From Candidatus Latescibacterota bacterium (lineage in GTDB: Bacteria > Latescibacterota > UBA2968 > UBA8231), in NCBI GenBank assembly GCA_965217585.1, contig OZ244561.1, forward strand, positions 4,704,001 through 4,768,000: a DNA stretch of 64,000 nt, in the 5' to 3' direction. Of the stretch, positions 9,039-19,125 are shown one piece after another; position 1 is the first letter of the stretch; every line of letters begins with the position of its first letter. Below the pieces are notes generated by a model. That model did no database searches. It was not told the DNA's origin and saw only the letters and a program-made list of their open reading frames with translations. The position numbers and the translations under genes are program-made.

Positions 9039-10178
9039 ATGATCAAGTCCGTCCTGTTCCGCGAAGACAACGTGTATAAGGCCTTCCCCGATCTCGTCGA
9101 GTGCGGCGACGGCACTTGGGTATGCGTGTACCGGGAGAGTCTCGGGCACACCGCCCTCCCCTTCGGCCGCATCGCCTGCCACCTCAGCATCGACGGCGGC
9201 CGCACCTGGAGCGAGAAGGCCGTCGTCGACGAGGTGATCGACCCGGAAACCGAGGGCCGCCTGAACAACCCGCGCCTGCTCGCCCTCGACGGCTCCGAGT
9301 TGCTGATCATCTGCGACCTGCTGCCCCGCCTCGAGCCGGAGCACCATCCCGATTCGGAGATCCTCATCTACTGCTCGACCGACTCGGGGCGCACCTGGAG
9401 CGCGCGCGCCTCCACCGGGATCAGGGGCCACATCTGTCCCTGCATATTCCGCACCAAGGCCGGCGAGATCATCATCGGCGCCGACCGCGTTGGGCCGGGG
9501 GACGACCGCGACGTGGTCTGGCTCCACAACGCCTTCACCTCGACCGACGGTGGACGGACTTGGGGGCCGGCAATCCACGTCTGCTCCGACCCAGAGTTGT
9601 GGCTCAACGAAGGGACCTACGTCGAGCTGGACGACGGGACTCTAGTCTGCTACTTGCGCGAGGACCTGCAGCGCGCCATCGGGCACAAGGCGATTTCGCG
9701 AGACGGCGGCAAAACCTGGTCCGGCCCATACCCCACCTTCCTCACCTGCTGCGTCGGCAGGCCGCGGGCTGGCATCCTGCAGAGCGGCGAGGTTGCAATC
9801 GTCCACGGCTTCCAGCGCCTGACGCCGCCGCGCAATCTCGTGCTCCACGTCGAGACCCAGGCGATTGCCGCAGACCCGGACTGCACCGCTAACTGCGCCC
9901 GCCAAGCCGGCCACCGGTATTTCTTCATAGACCACGACCGCAGCATCCACTGCGACGGTGCCTACTCCGGCTGGGTGCAGAGACCGTCCGGGGACCTGTT
10001 CGTGGTGCAGTACATCAACGACGACGGCCCGTATGCCCACATCCGCAGCTACGAGATTGGCCGCTCCGACTGGATCCTCTGTCCCGAGGGGGATCTACTG
10101 CTGGAGCCGCCGCGCTGGCCTGGGTACGTCGACAGGGCCGCGGCGGCGAGCGGGGAGCTATACGGAGAGGCGCGCTAG
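9039..10178 (+). CDS. BNR/Asp-box sialidase-like protein
   Basis: Asp-boxes SIDGGRTW, STDSGRTW, STDGGRTW and SRDGGKTW; N-terminal AFP motif. Confidence 0.8.
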   Translation: MIKSVLFREDNVYKAFPDLVECGDGTWVCVYRESLGHTALPFGRIACHLSIDGGRTWSEKAVVDEVIDPETEGRLNNPRLLALDGSELLIICDLLPRLEPEHHPDSEILIYCSTDSGRTWSARASTGIRGHICPCIFRTKAGEIIIGADRVGPGDDRDVVWLHNAFTSTDGGRTWGPAIHVCSDPELWLNEGTYVELDDGTLVCYLREDLQRAIGHKAISRDGGKTWSGPYPTFLTCCVGRPRAGILQSGEVAIVHGFQRLTPPRNLVLHVETQAIAADPDCTANCARQAGHRYFFIDHDRSIHCDGAYSGWVQRPSGDLFVVQYINDDGPYAHIRSYEIGRSDWILCPEGDLLLEPPRWPGYVDRAAAASGELYGEAR

Positions 10179-10285
10179 CCGATCCCGAGTGCTGCAAGAA
10201 CCGTTTCGCATGCAGGGGAAGCACTTGATCGCGTAACATGTCTGTGATTAATTTTTGTGTAACTATATGTGTTGGAGGTAACACA

Positions 10286-10486
10286 ATGGCGACGAACTTG
10301 GCGATAGATCCAAAACTGCTCGACAAGGCGCTGGAAATCAGCGGCGAGAAGACCAAGAAGGCGACCGTCAACCGCGCCTTGCGGGAGTTCATCGCACGGC
10401 GAGAGCAGGAACGGCTTTTGGATCTTTTTGGTAAACTCGACTGGGACGACGGCTTTGACTACAAACGCGAACGGAGCCGTGGGTGA
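10286..10486 (+). CDS. vapB: VapB family antitoxin
   Basis: MATNLAIDPKLL...TKKATVNRALREF RHH-like pattern, GGAGG SD, and a GTGA overlap with the PIN gene. Confidence 0.88.
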   Translation: MATNLAIDPKLLDKALEISGEKTKKATVNRALREFIARREQERLLDLFGKLDWDDGFDYKRERSRG

Positions 10487-10890
10487 CGTTGTTTGCAGAC
10501 ACGAGCGTTTGGTCGCTGGCCTTGCGGCGGGATGCGGCACCCGAAGGGCCCGAGGTGCAGCGCCTGCGGGAGGCGCTCAGTAGTGGCGAATCGATTTACA
10601 CGACCGGAATCGTTTTGCAGGAGTTGTTGCAGGGCTTTCGGGGGCCGCGAGCCAAGACGCGGATCGTCGAACGGTTTGAGGCGCTCGCCATGATTACGCC
10701 CGTGCGTGACGACTACATTGACGCAGCCGCGTTGCGCAACGAGTGTCGCCGCCACGGCATTCAGACTGGAACCATCGACGCGCTGCTCGCCCAGATCTGC
10801 ATTCGCCACAAACTGGTTATGTTGGCGACCGACCTCGATTTCAGCCACATGACAAAGTGGACGCCGCTTCAGCTTTGGTGCGCCCGATGA
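10483..10890 (+). CDS. vapC: VapC PIN-domain toxin
   Basis: ADTSVW, ELLQG, IDALLA and TDLDF PIN acidic motifs. Confidence 0.9.
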   Translation: MTLFADTSVWSLALRRDAAPEGPEVQRLREALSSGESIYTTGIVLQELLQGFRGPRAKTRIVERFEALAMITPVRDDYIDAAALRNECRRHGIQTGTIDALLAQICIRHKLVMLATDLDFSHMTKWTPLQLWCAR

Positions 10891-10997
10891 TCTTCTATAC
10901 CGGAGAAGAGTACAAGTAGCTGTCATGGGCGATGAATGGTTTTTGTAAAATGGTGGTCAATCGACACCCCTTCACTGGCCAGTAATTTTAACGGGAG

Positions 10998-12563
10998 ATG
11001 ACCATGGCTCGTTTACAAGATGTCAATACCACGGATGTGCGCAGCGCCATTGAATTGGGTTGCCGCACCATGTCGAGCGTTTTCAATGCCGACGACAATG
11101 ATATTCCCTTTTTCGGCTCGCGCGTGCGCCCCCAAGCCGAACTGCGCTTCAGCGCCGCACACTCGGAGGCGCACGTGCCCGGTCGCCATCTCAATGCCCT
11201 GCTCAACGCCGAGGACGCGGCGAGTGTTGAAGTAGATGAAGCGGCGATTGAAAAACACGCGGCCGCCGCTTTCTATTCGTACAGCGGCCCCATCGCCATG
11301 CCACTCAACCGGGCCGAGTTGGGCGGTCCGCTGGTCAACTTCATTCCACACAATATCCGCGAGGGTTTCCACGCGCTCTATCCGCTGGTGCAGTACCGCG
11401 ACTCAGAGCAGGCACGGCAGTTGGCTGAGGCTAGTATCGAGGCGTTTCGCCGCTACTGGTCCGCGGACGAGGGCTGGGATCGACCGGCGCTACAGGCGCT
11501 GGGGTTGGAGGCGTGGGAGAGTTTGTTCATTCCAGGGGAAGCCCGGGCCTTGGGGCCTTTGGTCAAGTACTATCGGGCCACCGGCTATGGGCCGGCGTTG
11601 GAGCTGGCGTTGGAGTTGGCTGCGAAAATTACGGGTGAGTTCTTTACTGCGGACGGTGACCACGACCGGGAACTGCTGGGCGACCACACTCACTCGGTCA
11701 CCTGCGTCATGTCGTCGTTGGCACAATTGGCCGACCTGACGGGCGACGCGGCGCTTCTGCTGGGCGTCAAGGCTTTTTACGATAATGGCCTGTGGGCCAT
11801 GCGCAACCCATTGGGCTGGGTCGTCGAAAGCACGCATCCCGATGCTCCGCCCGATCGCGGCGAGGTCAACAATACCGGCGACATCGTCGAGACTGCGCTG
11901 ATACTGGGGCGCTGGGGCTGGAGCGAGTACTTCCAAGACGCCGAGCGCATTGTGCGGGGCCATATGCTGCCGTCGCAACTGCGCGATATTGCCTTCATTG
12001 ACCAACCGCCGAATCCCGAGGGCGTGGACGGCCTGCGCAACGTGGCCCAGCGGCACCGGGGGGCCTTTGGCTTTCCTGCGCCGTACGGCCATCAACCGGT
12101 GGAGGCCGATACCGTTGGCTTCAATATGGATATTGTCGGCGGAGCGGTGGCGTCTTTGTGCGAGGTGTACCGGGAGATGGTGCGCAGCGGCCCGGCCGGT
12201 CACCGGGTCAATTTGCTCTTTGACCACGAGAACGAGGCCGTGCGTGTCGAATCCCCCTATACCCATGACGTCCTGCGCGTCGAGGTTAAGCAGCCGGGGC
12301 CGTTGTGGGTGCGCCTGCCTAGTGGGGTAACACCGTCTGACTTAACGGTAGAGGGGGCCGCGCCGCCGCGCATAGATAGTGGGTTCCTTTTCTTTGCCCA
12401 ACCGCCTTTGCACGCGCCGATTGAGATCCGCTTTGCCCTAGCCGAAGAAGAGCTGGTCCTGCGGCATCGGACCCGTTCGATACGCGCCCGGCTGCGCGGC
12501 GACGCGGTGGTCGCGATGGATGACTTCGGTGCTGATCTGACCTTTTTTTCGTCGTTTGATTAA
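10998..12563 (+). CDS. uncharacterised protein, probable (alpha/alpha)6-barrel, GH127-like
   Basis: GEVNNTGDIVETALILG...EYFQDAERIVR resembles the GH127 E-T-C...YADxxER helix region. Strongly paralogous to 14568..16154. Confidence 0.5.
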   Translation: MTMARLQDVNTTDVRSAIELGCRTMSSVFNADDNDIPFFGSRVRPQAELRFSAAHSEAHVPGRHLNALLNAEDAASVEVDEAAIEKHAAAAFYSYSGPIAMPLNRAELGGPLVNFIPHNIREGFHALYPLVQYRDSEQARQLAEASIEAFRRYWSADEGWDRPALQALGLEAWESLFIPGEARALGPLVKYYRATGYGPALELALELAAKITGEFFTADGDHDRELLGDHTHSVTCVMSSLAQLADLTGDAALLLGVKAFYDNGLWAMRNPLGWVVESTHPDAPPDRGEVNNTGDIVETALILGRWGWSEYFQDAERIVRGHMLPSQLRDIAFIDQPPNPEGVDGLRNVAQRHRGAFGFPAPYGHQPVEADTVGFNMDIVGGAVASLCEVYREMVRSGPAGHRVNLLFDHENEAVRVESPYTHDVLRVEVKQPGPLWVRLPSGVTPSDLTVEGAAPPRIDSGFLFFAQPPLHAPIEIRFALAEEELVLRHRTRSIRARLRGDAVVAMDDFGADLTFFSSFD

Positions 12564-12569
12564 AAGCAA

Positions 12570-12642
12570 CGTATCCGCAGATAAACGCAGATAAACGCAG
12601 ATACGGGATGCGGTGCGAGCAACCACAAGGGATTGTCCCTAC
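12570..12642. repeat. intergenic REP-like elements: (CGCAGATAAA)x2.8 framed by CGTATC/GATACG, then GCAACCACAAGGGATTGTCCCTAC
   Basis: The tandem 10-mer at 12576..12603 is seen directly. The second motif is an imperfect palindrome ending in CTAC (GTAG on the minus strand), as in RAYT-associated REPs. Confidence 0.6.
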
Positions 12643-12721
12643 ACGGTTTGGTCCCCGTGGATTCGGGCGATATATTAGCGGCCCCTATCGCAGCAGCGCA
12701 ATTGCGCTAAGGAGGATGAAC

Positions 12722-13576
12722 ATGGCGAAAATTAAGCCGCCTAAAATCTATCATCTGTGTTCTCTGGGTACTCTGGGGGGATACGGCGGCAAGAAGGGCG
12801 AGTGGAGTACGGCCAAAAAGCTTAAAAAAATAAAAGACGCTGGTTTCGACGGCTTTGTGGGACGCACCTTTATGGTGACCCCGGACGAGGTGGCCGCCTC
12901 GGGGTTGGTCTTTGCTTGTACCACTGACTTGGGCGGCATCCGCGAGATCAAGCCCAAGTTGCGGGAAATTAAGGCGGCGGGAGCGCGCTGCGTCAACGTG
13001 CAAATGCTCGACCACGACACGCTCACCCAGCGGGCCGTGGAGGTCGCGCGGCGTTTGATGGCCGCGGCCGAAGACTTGGAGATGGACGTGGCCGTGGAGG
13101 TCCACCGCGATACTTGCACGGAAACGCCGGAAAAAGCCTATGCCTTGGCCGCCGGTTACGAGAAGGCGGAGGAGAAATCGCTGAAAATGACTTGGGACTT
13201 TTCGCATCCGGCGGTGATTAAGCATTTGTCGCCGCCCTATTGGGAGCGCTTAGCCGAGCGCGTCGATCTGATCCAGCTAGCGCAACAGTTCCACTTTAGG
13301 CCCTTCAACGGGCACCACGCCATGATTCCGGCCATTGACCACAAGGGCAAGATCATTCCCGAATTCGTCGATTGGCTGGAATTCGCCGAGCAGGTCATGG
13401 CCTGCTGGCTGGAAGCAGCCGAGCCGGGTCGGGAAATGTTCGCCTGCCCCGAGCAGATCGCCGGCGGCTACCATCTGTCGGTTTTCCCCGACCGCTGGAA
13501 GGACGTGCAGGTGGTGCGGCGCGAGCTGGACAGGGTGTGGAAGAGGCAATTGAAAAAGTGGCAGGCACCGGCTTAG
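12722..13576 (+). CDS. xylose isomerase-like TIM barrel (sugar phosphate isomerase/epimerase family)
   Basis: AGFDG, VEVHRD, TWDFSH and FHFR metal-site pattern. ATG 12722 behind AAGGAGG. Confidence 0.75.
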   Translation: MAKIKPPKIYHLCSLGTLGGYGGKKGEWSTAKKLKKIKDAGFDGFVGRTFMVTPDEVAASGLVFACTTDLGGIREIKPKLREIKAAGARCVNVQMLDHDTLTQRAVEVARRLMAAAEDLEMDVAVEVHRDTCTETPEKAYALAAGYEKAEEKSLKMTWDFSHPAVIKHLSPPYWERLAERVDLIQLAQQFHFRPFNGHHAMIPAIDHKGKIIPEFVDWLEFAEQVMACWLEAAEPGREMFACPEQIAGGYHLSVFPDRWKDVQVVRRELDRVWKRQLKKWQAPA

Positions 13577-13598
13577 CGCGAGAAGGGTACTTAACCCC

Positions 13599-14558
13599 GT
13601 GCAGATAAGTGTCGAGACGCCTCCTTTGGACGTCGACCTGACCGAGGAGTTGATTGATTTTTGGGACGGGATTTTCGGGGACGGTTACCAGCCCGACCGC
13701 TCTTTGTACGCCGGCGATGAACGCTCCTTTAACCGCGATACGTTCTATCTCTTAGAGCAGGGAGGACGCACGGTCGGCAGCAGCCATTTAACCACGGCGG
13801 TGGGTAATTCAGAACTGAGTGGTTTGGGCGAGGTGGGGACCGCGCCGCAATGTCGCGGCAAGGGCATTGCCAGTCGCTTGTGCCGGGCGGCGCGCGACGA
13901 CTTTTTGGCCGCGGGGGGACAGGCTCTGTTCCTAGGCACGGTCAACCCGGTCGCGGCCCGCATTTATCACCGCTTAGGTTGGCGCAAGATGCCCGGTTCC
14001 ACTATCTGGGCTTTGATCGCCAGCGGGGAATCGCCCGAGTCTTTTCTGGTAGACTACTTTAGGGCTAGCGATGAGGTCGGGGTTGAGCCGGGGACGCCGG
14101 CCCAGCGCGTGCCCATGGTCCCCTTGATCATCGCGCCGCACGACTGGCGGGTACTCGACGCCAATGTCGAATTGTACTCGACCCGCTATCTCGAACAGAA
14201 TTCCTGTATGGGGCTATACCCGCGCTATGCCAAGCTGGTCGAACAATGCGCCGGCGCTTGGTTTGCCGCCCGCACCCGAGATGGGCGCTTGGTGGGTTTG
14301 GCCAGTGCGCGGCCCGACGGGGAGGGCGCTTGTCAGGTGGATGGTTTCGTCCACGGTCGCTACGCAGGGTCTTGGGCCCATTTGATGCGGGCGGCCATTG
14401 ACTGGGCCGGGGGGCGCTGCTGGGTGCGGCTCTGCGTCGAGGACGAGGAGAAAGGCGCTTGCTTGAAGGACTTGGGTTTTGTGGACGGAGGGGCGGGCGA
14501 GCCGTTTGTCATGGGGGATCGGACCGTCGAGGCCGTGCGCTTGGTCGCCGGTGTTTAA
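13599..14558 (+). CDS. GNAT family N-acetyltransferase (probably two GNAT-like domains)
   Basis: Acetyl-CoA motif V.TAPQCRGKGIA and N.VAARIYHRLGW. Confidence 0.85.
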   Translation: MQISVETPPLDVDLTEELIDFWDGIFGDGYQPDRSLYAGDERSFNRDTFYLLEQGGRTVGSSHLTTAVGNSELSGLGEVGTAPQCRGKGIASRLCRAARDDFLAAGGQALFLGTVNPVAARIYHRLGWRKMPGSTIWALIASGESPESFLVDYFRASDEVGVEPGTPAQRVPMVPLIIAPHDWRVLDANVELYSTRYLEQNSCMGLYPRYAKLVEQCAGAWFAARTRDGRLVGLASARPDGEGACQVDGFVHGRYAGSWAHLMRAAIDWAGGRCWVRLCVEDEEKGACLKDLGFVDGGAGEPFVMGDRTVEAVRLVAGV

Positions 14559-14567
14559 GGAAAGGCC

Positions 14568-16154
14568 ATGGTACAACTGCACGATGTGAATACCACTGAT
14601 ATCGGCGACGCCATTCGCTTGGGTTGCCAAGCCATGAGCCGGGCTTTCAACGCCGATGATGCCGATATACCCTACGGAGGAGCGCAGGTGCGGCCCAAAG
14701 CCTTTTTGGGCGGCAGCATGGAAGGCCACATGCCGGGCCGTCTCTTGAACGCTATGCTGGCGGCTGAAGACGCCACGGGTTTGGACTTGGACGAAGAGGT
14801 GATCGACAAGCACGCCCGTGCAGCTTTTTTCTCCTACAGCCGAGCGCCGCTGCCCTTGCAGCGCATCGGCCAGCACACCAAGGGTGAGGGAGATCCTATT
14901 GAACTGCAAGAGCACAATTTGCGCGAGGGATTCCACGCCCTCTACGCCCTAGCTGCTTTCCGCAAGTCCGAGCGGGCTATGGAATTGGCCGCGGCTAGCA
15001 TTGAGTTACTGTTCGATTATTGGGTGCCCAACGAGCAGTGGGATCGCGTGCGCCTCGAACGCGACACGCCGGTGCGCCTGCGCGATTCCGGCGAGGCGAC
15101 CTTTATCCAAGGACCGGCGCGCGCTATTGGGCCGCTGGCCAAACTGTACCAAGCCACCGGGTACCAACCGGCCTTGGATTTGGCCACCGTGCTCAAGGAC
15201 AAGGCCGTGCGCGAATTTTTTCTCGACGACGGCTCCTTTGCCACCGAGCGCTTTGGCCTGCACGTGCATTCGACCACTTGTGTGATGTCGTCGCTGGCGC
15301 AGCTAGCCGAGTGCACTGGGGACGCCGGGCTGATGCAGCGAGTCAAGCGGTTTTACGATGGCGGCCTGTGGGATTTGCGCGATCAGATCGGCTGGTCCAT
15401 TGAGACATCGACCCGCCCTACGCCCTGTCGCCGGGGCGAGGCCAACAATACCGGCGATATTATTGAGACCGCGCTCATCTTGGGGCGCTGGGGCCACCCC
15501 GAGTACTACGCCGATGCCGAGCGCATGTTGCGCAGCCATTTGCTGCCGTCGCAATTGCGCGATGTCTCGTTTATCGTCGAGCCAGATAATCCCGAGGGGG
15601 TGGACGGCAAGCGCCAAGTGGCGTACAGGCTGCGCGGCGGCTTTGGTTTCCCTGCCCCCCACGGACACGAGCCGCTGGGCATCTGGCAATCGAACAAGCC
15701 GCGCATTGGCTTCAATATTGACATTGTCGGCGGGTCCGTAGGTTCGCTGGCCGCGGCGTACAAGGCCGTGGTGCGCAGCGATGGAGCGGGGCATTGGGTG
15801 GACATGCTGTTCGACTGTGAGACCGAGGCCCTTGAAGTTCAGTCGCCCTATACGCATCCGCGCCTAGCGGTCAAAGTCAAGCAGTCGGGGACACTGCACG
15901 TGCGCCTGCCGCCTTGGCTTGATAGCGATTATCTCTCGGTCGAGGGTGCCGCGCAGCCGACCTTACGCGACGGCTATGCGGTGATTGAGAATCCGCCCGT
16001 GGGGCGTTGGGTCAGCTTTGCGTTTGACTTGCTCGTCCATGAGACGACCCTGACGTGGCGGGACAGCGCCATCCGCGCCCGACTGCGCGGCGACGAAGTG
16101 GTGGCGATGGATAACTTCGGCACGGATCTGACCTTTTTCCCGCCGTTTGATTGA
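14568..16154 (+). CDS. uncharacterised protein, probable (alpha/alpha)6-barrel, GH127-like (paralog of 10998..12563)
   Basis: Shares LxDVNTTD, HNxREGFHALY, TCVMSSLAQLA, NNTGDI.ETALILGRWG and the C-terminal AMDxFGxDLTFF with the paralog. Confidence 0.5.
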   Translation: MVQLHDVNTTDIGDAIRLGCQAMSRAFNADDADIPYGGAQVRPKAFLGGSMEGHMPGRLLNAMLAAEDATGLDLDEEVIDKHARAAFFSYSRAPLPLQRIGQHTKGEGDPIELQEHNLREGFHALYALAAFRKSERAMELAAASIELLFDYWVPNEQWDRVRLERDTPVRLRDSGEATFIQGPARAIGPLAKLYQATGYQPALDLATVLKDKAVREFFLDDGSFATERFGLHVHSTTCVMSSLAQLAECTGDAGLMQRVKRFYDGGLWDLRDQIGWSIETSTRPTPCRRGEANNTGDIIETALILGRWGHPEYYADAERMLRSHLLPSQLRDVSFIVEPDNPEGVDGKRQVAYRLRGGFGFPAPHGHEPLGIWQSNKPRIGFNIDIVGGSVGSLAAAYKAVVRSDGAGHWVDMLFDCETEALEVQSPYTHPRLAVKVKQSGTLHVRLPPWLDSDYLSVEGAAQPTLRDGYAVIENPPVGRWVSFAFDLLVHETTLTWRDSAIRARLRGDEVVAMDNFGTDLTFFPPFD

Positions 16155-16292
16155 GCCTAGAAGCCGTCCTTGATCACGGCGTCCATGCAGTTGTAGAGTT
16201 GTTCGAGGTGCCTGAGCTCAAAGCCTCCGGCCGTCATTTTGCGAATCGGCTCGCCGTCGGCGCACCATCGCCGTCGCCGTACCCGATAATTG

Positions 16293-17303
16293 TCACTGCG
16301 TCCGGTAGTGGGCGACGGCGGCGGCGTCCAGCGCAATCCCGAGCCCATTTCCACGGGGCACGACAAAGTGTCCTGAAGCGAATTCCAGCGAGCCCCCGAT
16401 CAGGTCGTTTTCGCGCACGAATGGCAGTTCGTCGCAGGGCAGCAGATCGTTGGTCAAGGTCGCTTGCAGATGCGCCGAGAAGGCGGCCTGAACCCCTAGA
16501 CACAACCCCCCGATCTGCAGCCAGATCGGGCAACCCGCTGTCTCGGCGATGGCGGCGCTCCGCTTCACGGAGGCCACGTTGCCGCTGAGGTTGAAGCAAT
16601 CCACGGCGTCCGCCTTGACCGCGCAGAGAACGGCGTACGGGTCGAGGAGGTGCAACGCCTGCGGGATGTCGGTCTTGTGGCGCAGCAGCGAATACCACGC
16701 GTAGTTGACGGCGATCTTCTCTACCGGATCCTCGAAGCATTCAATGTTGTAGGGCGTCAGCTCCCTGGCGAGACGGACCGCCGTGGTGGGATATTTGAAC
16801 CCGCAGTTGGGATCGACGCGAATGGCGTAGTCTACTCCCGCCGTCGCTTCTGCGATCAACTCCGCCTGGCGCACAATGTCGGCCGGATGCGCCTTGAGCT
16901 TGTGAACAGTGAACCCGAGAGCTGCAGCTCTTTCCGCCTCTCTGGCGGTCTCCTCCGGAGGCAGGTGGGGCGACCAGTACGCGACAGGTACTTCATCGCG
17001 TACCTTGTCGCCCATCAACCTCCACACTGGAACTCCTTTGGCTTGGGCGACAATGTCGTACAGAGCGCACTGCCACGGCTCGCTGGCGCGCTCCAGAGCC
17101 ATACCCAGCGGATCTTTGCCGATGAGTCCATCCGCTTGCGGCTGCACTGCGCGGCACGGCTGCCAGATCTCCCCCAGGCCGATCAGGCCTTCGTCCGTGT
17201 GGACCCTCGCAATGGTGTGCTCCCAGTCCGCGTGGCCGACGTTGCGGATGGGGGCGATGTAGGGGACGTCCACTTCGATGAGTTCGATGTTGGTAATTTT
17301 CAT
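16293..17303 (-). CDS. mandelate racemase/muconate lactonizing enzyme family (enolase superfamily)
   Basis: HTDEGLIGLGE, ALYDIVAQAKGVPVWRLMG, KLK, RVDPN and FEDP motifs. Confidence 0.92.
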   Translation of the reverse strand: MKITNIELIEVDVPYIAPIRNVGHADWEHTIARVHTDEGLIGLGEIWQPCRAVQPQADGLIGKDPLGMALERASEPWQCALYDIVAQAKGVPVWRLMGDKVRDEVPVAYWSPHLPPEETAREAERAAALGFTVHKLKAHPADIVRQAELIAEATAGVDYAIRVDPNCGFKYPTTAVRLARELTPYNIECFEDPVEKIAVNYAWYSLLRHKTDIPQALHLLDPYAVLCAVKADAVDCFNLSGNVASVKRSAAIAETAGCPIWLQIGGLCLGVQAAFSAHLQATLTNDLLPCDELPFVRENDLIGGSLEFASGHFVVPRGNGLGIALDAAAVAHYRTQ

Positions 17304-17357
17304 CTGGCTATCTCGCAGGTGTAATCTTTTTCCCGCCGTTTGAATCTCACGCCTAAA

Positions 17358-18938
17358 TTAGGCAAAGTACTCCTCGTCGTCCCGCAGCGCATTGCGGTGC
17401 GGCAGATATTCGACCACCAGCTCCACATCCACGAGGGTCACCGGGTGAATGAGCTGGGCGTCTTTCTCCACGACCTCCACCTCCACCGTATTTATCCCCC
17501 GCTGGGGCAGGCGCTGGATCTGCTTGAGATCGATGTGCAGCCGGTACCCGTTGACCGCGTAATCCGGCCTGGGGCGCAACTGGTAGGTCCAGTCGGCCTT
17601 GCGCCACGCGGTCTCGGGTATTTCACCGCCATTCCACTTCAGCCCGATCCGGTCCTCGTACGTCAGGTGCTGCAACATCAGGCGCAACTCGCAGCGCCAC
17701 AACTCGCCGGCTCGGTCCCGGCCGGCCACGTCGTCGCTCACTTCCAGCGTGAACGGCCGCGCTGGAGCTCCGCACGGCAATTCGGCCGGTAGCTGTTCGG
17801 ATAGGCCACAGGCAGGGGCTGACTTGGGATTGATGGGGATGCCGAGCCGGTACCGCTTGTCGAGATTTTCTAGCAAGTCTGGATGTCCCATAAACCGCAT
17901 CCTTCCAGCCGCCTCGTCATCGTATGGATAGCGCTTGGGCATTGGGTAATACGTGTGGAAGAACACGCCGTGGACCCCAGCGGCATAGGCATTGGCTGCC
18001 GCGGCCCGCACTACCGGCCGGGAAAGCTCGGGGTTATTGGTCGATTCCATACCCGCCAACACCCGCACATCCCCACCCTCGGCCGCGGCGACAACGCTCC
18101 GTAATCCAGCAGTGTCGTTTGCAAAATCACCGACGATCTGCATACAGATCAGCGCGTCGACGATCCCCTCCTCGATCCAGGTCTCCACGTCCATCCCCAT
18201 GCGCTTGTTGCCGTCTAGGGTCGCGCCGATGCGGACCACCAACCGCTTGGGACGACCCTGCTCTGCGGCCGCCCGGTCGCAGACCCGGCGTATTTCCCGC
18301 ATCCACTCGGTCAAGGTCTCGGTGTGCTCGGCGACCTCTCCGCGGCCGATAAACGGCGCGTAGTCGTGCATGTTCAGCTCAATGCCGTCGCCGGGATAAT
18401 CCCCGACTAGTTCGGCGATCACCGCCAGCCGGTCTGCCCGTACTTCGGGTACGGCAAAGGATAGCCGGTTGGGGTTGTCGAAGTGGGCCTCGGGGTACTC
18501 GGGCTCGTCGCCGACCTGCCATTCGGGATGCTCGGTGGTGAAGTCGGCTACCCGGCAATTGGTGACGCGGCCGTGCGGCGTGTGAATCATGTTCAACAGC
18601 AGGCTGGGCAGAAACTGGAAACCGCGCTGCTGCGCCCGCTGGCACACGAGCATGAGCGGGTCCGTGCCCTGTTCGATCATCAGCCTGGCGTTGTGCGCCG
18701 CCCGCCACCAAATATCGTGATCGGTCAGGTCGACGTTGTGCCCCCAGCGCTCGCCCACCTTGGTGGCGTAGAGCAAAACGCTGCAGTCGCCCACGGCATA
18801 GGTGATGGTGTCAATGCCGAGGTCGACTAGCTCGTCGATGGGTTCTAGGTACTGCTTGGCCCCCATGGGTGGCTCGTACAAGTACACGCTTGAATGGCGG
18901 CCGTCGGTGTAGAACATCACTTCGTGGGTCTTGCTCAT
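17358..18938 (-). CDS. uncharacterised TIM-barrel glycoside-hydrolase-like (GHL10-like) protein
   Basis: F..EHPEW...LSFAVPEVR...DGIELN...MDVETWIEEGIVD pattern. ATG 18938 behind GAGGAGG. Confidence 0.55.
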   Translation of the reverse strand: MSKTHEVMFYTDGRHSSVYLYEPPMGAKQYLEPIDELVDLGIDTITYAVGDCSVLLYATKVGERWGHNVDLTDHDIWWRAAHNARLMIEQGTDPLMLVCQRAQQRGFQFLPSLLLNMIHTPHGRVTNCRVADFTTEHPEWQVGDEPEYPEAHFDNPNRLSFAVPEVRADRLAVIAELVGDYPGDGIELNMHDYAPFIGRGEVAEHTETLTEWMREIRRVCDRAAAEQGRPKRLVVRIGATLDGNKRMGMDVETWIEEGIVDALICMQIVGDFANDTAGLRSVVAAAEGGDVRVLAGMESTNNPELSRPVVRAAAANAYAAGVHGVFFHTYYPMPKRYPYDDEAAGRMRFMGHPDLLENLDKRYRLGIPINPKSAPACGLSEQLPAELPCGAPARPFTLEVSDDVAGRDRAGELWRCELRLMLQHLTYEDRIGLKWNGGEIPETAWRKADWTYQLRPRPDYAVNGYRLHIDLKQIQRLPQRGINTVEVEVVEKDAQLIHPVTLVDVELVVEYLPHRNALRDDEEYFA

Positions 18939-19060
18939 GATCGTCCTCCTCGTCTCTTGTCTGGCGCTGCGGTCTCCTGATCTCACAGCGCCAATTCGGT
19001 GTGTCAACAGGTGCAATTAACTCCAGCCGGGCGGCGCGAGCAAGTCCCTTTGGCAAGATC

Positions 19061-19089
19061 TTGACCCACCAGCGACAATGCCCTATGCT
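19061..19089 (+). promoter_or_regulatory. sigma70-type promoter for the PhyH/FG-GAP genes
   Basis: TTGACC-N17-TATGCT, 36 nt upstream of ATG 19126. Confidence 0.55.
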
Positions 19090-19125
19090 TGGCCATTCGC
19101 CGCCCCCAAATAATTGAGGACGCCC

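Noticed and set aside
10158-10910. Possible gene-end duplication around vapBC (ctatacggagag versus ctataccggagaag)
   Set aside because: Only about 12 nt with an indel, which is too weak to distinguish from chance.
5441-10997. Integron cassette array explanation for the run of small accessory genes
   Set aside because: Orientations are mixed, and neither recurring attC-like GTTRRRY/RYYYAAC palindromes nor an integrase was recognised.
16157-16366. 69-aa minus-strand ORF at the island's left edge
   Set aside because: It overlaps the enolase 3' end, has no SD and no recognisable motif. At most a gene remnant.
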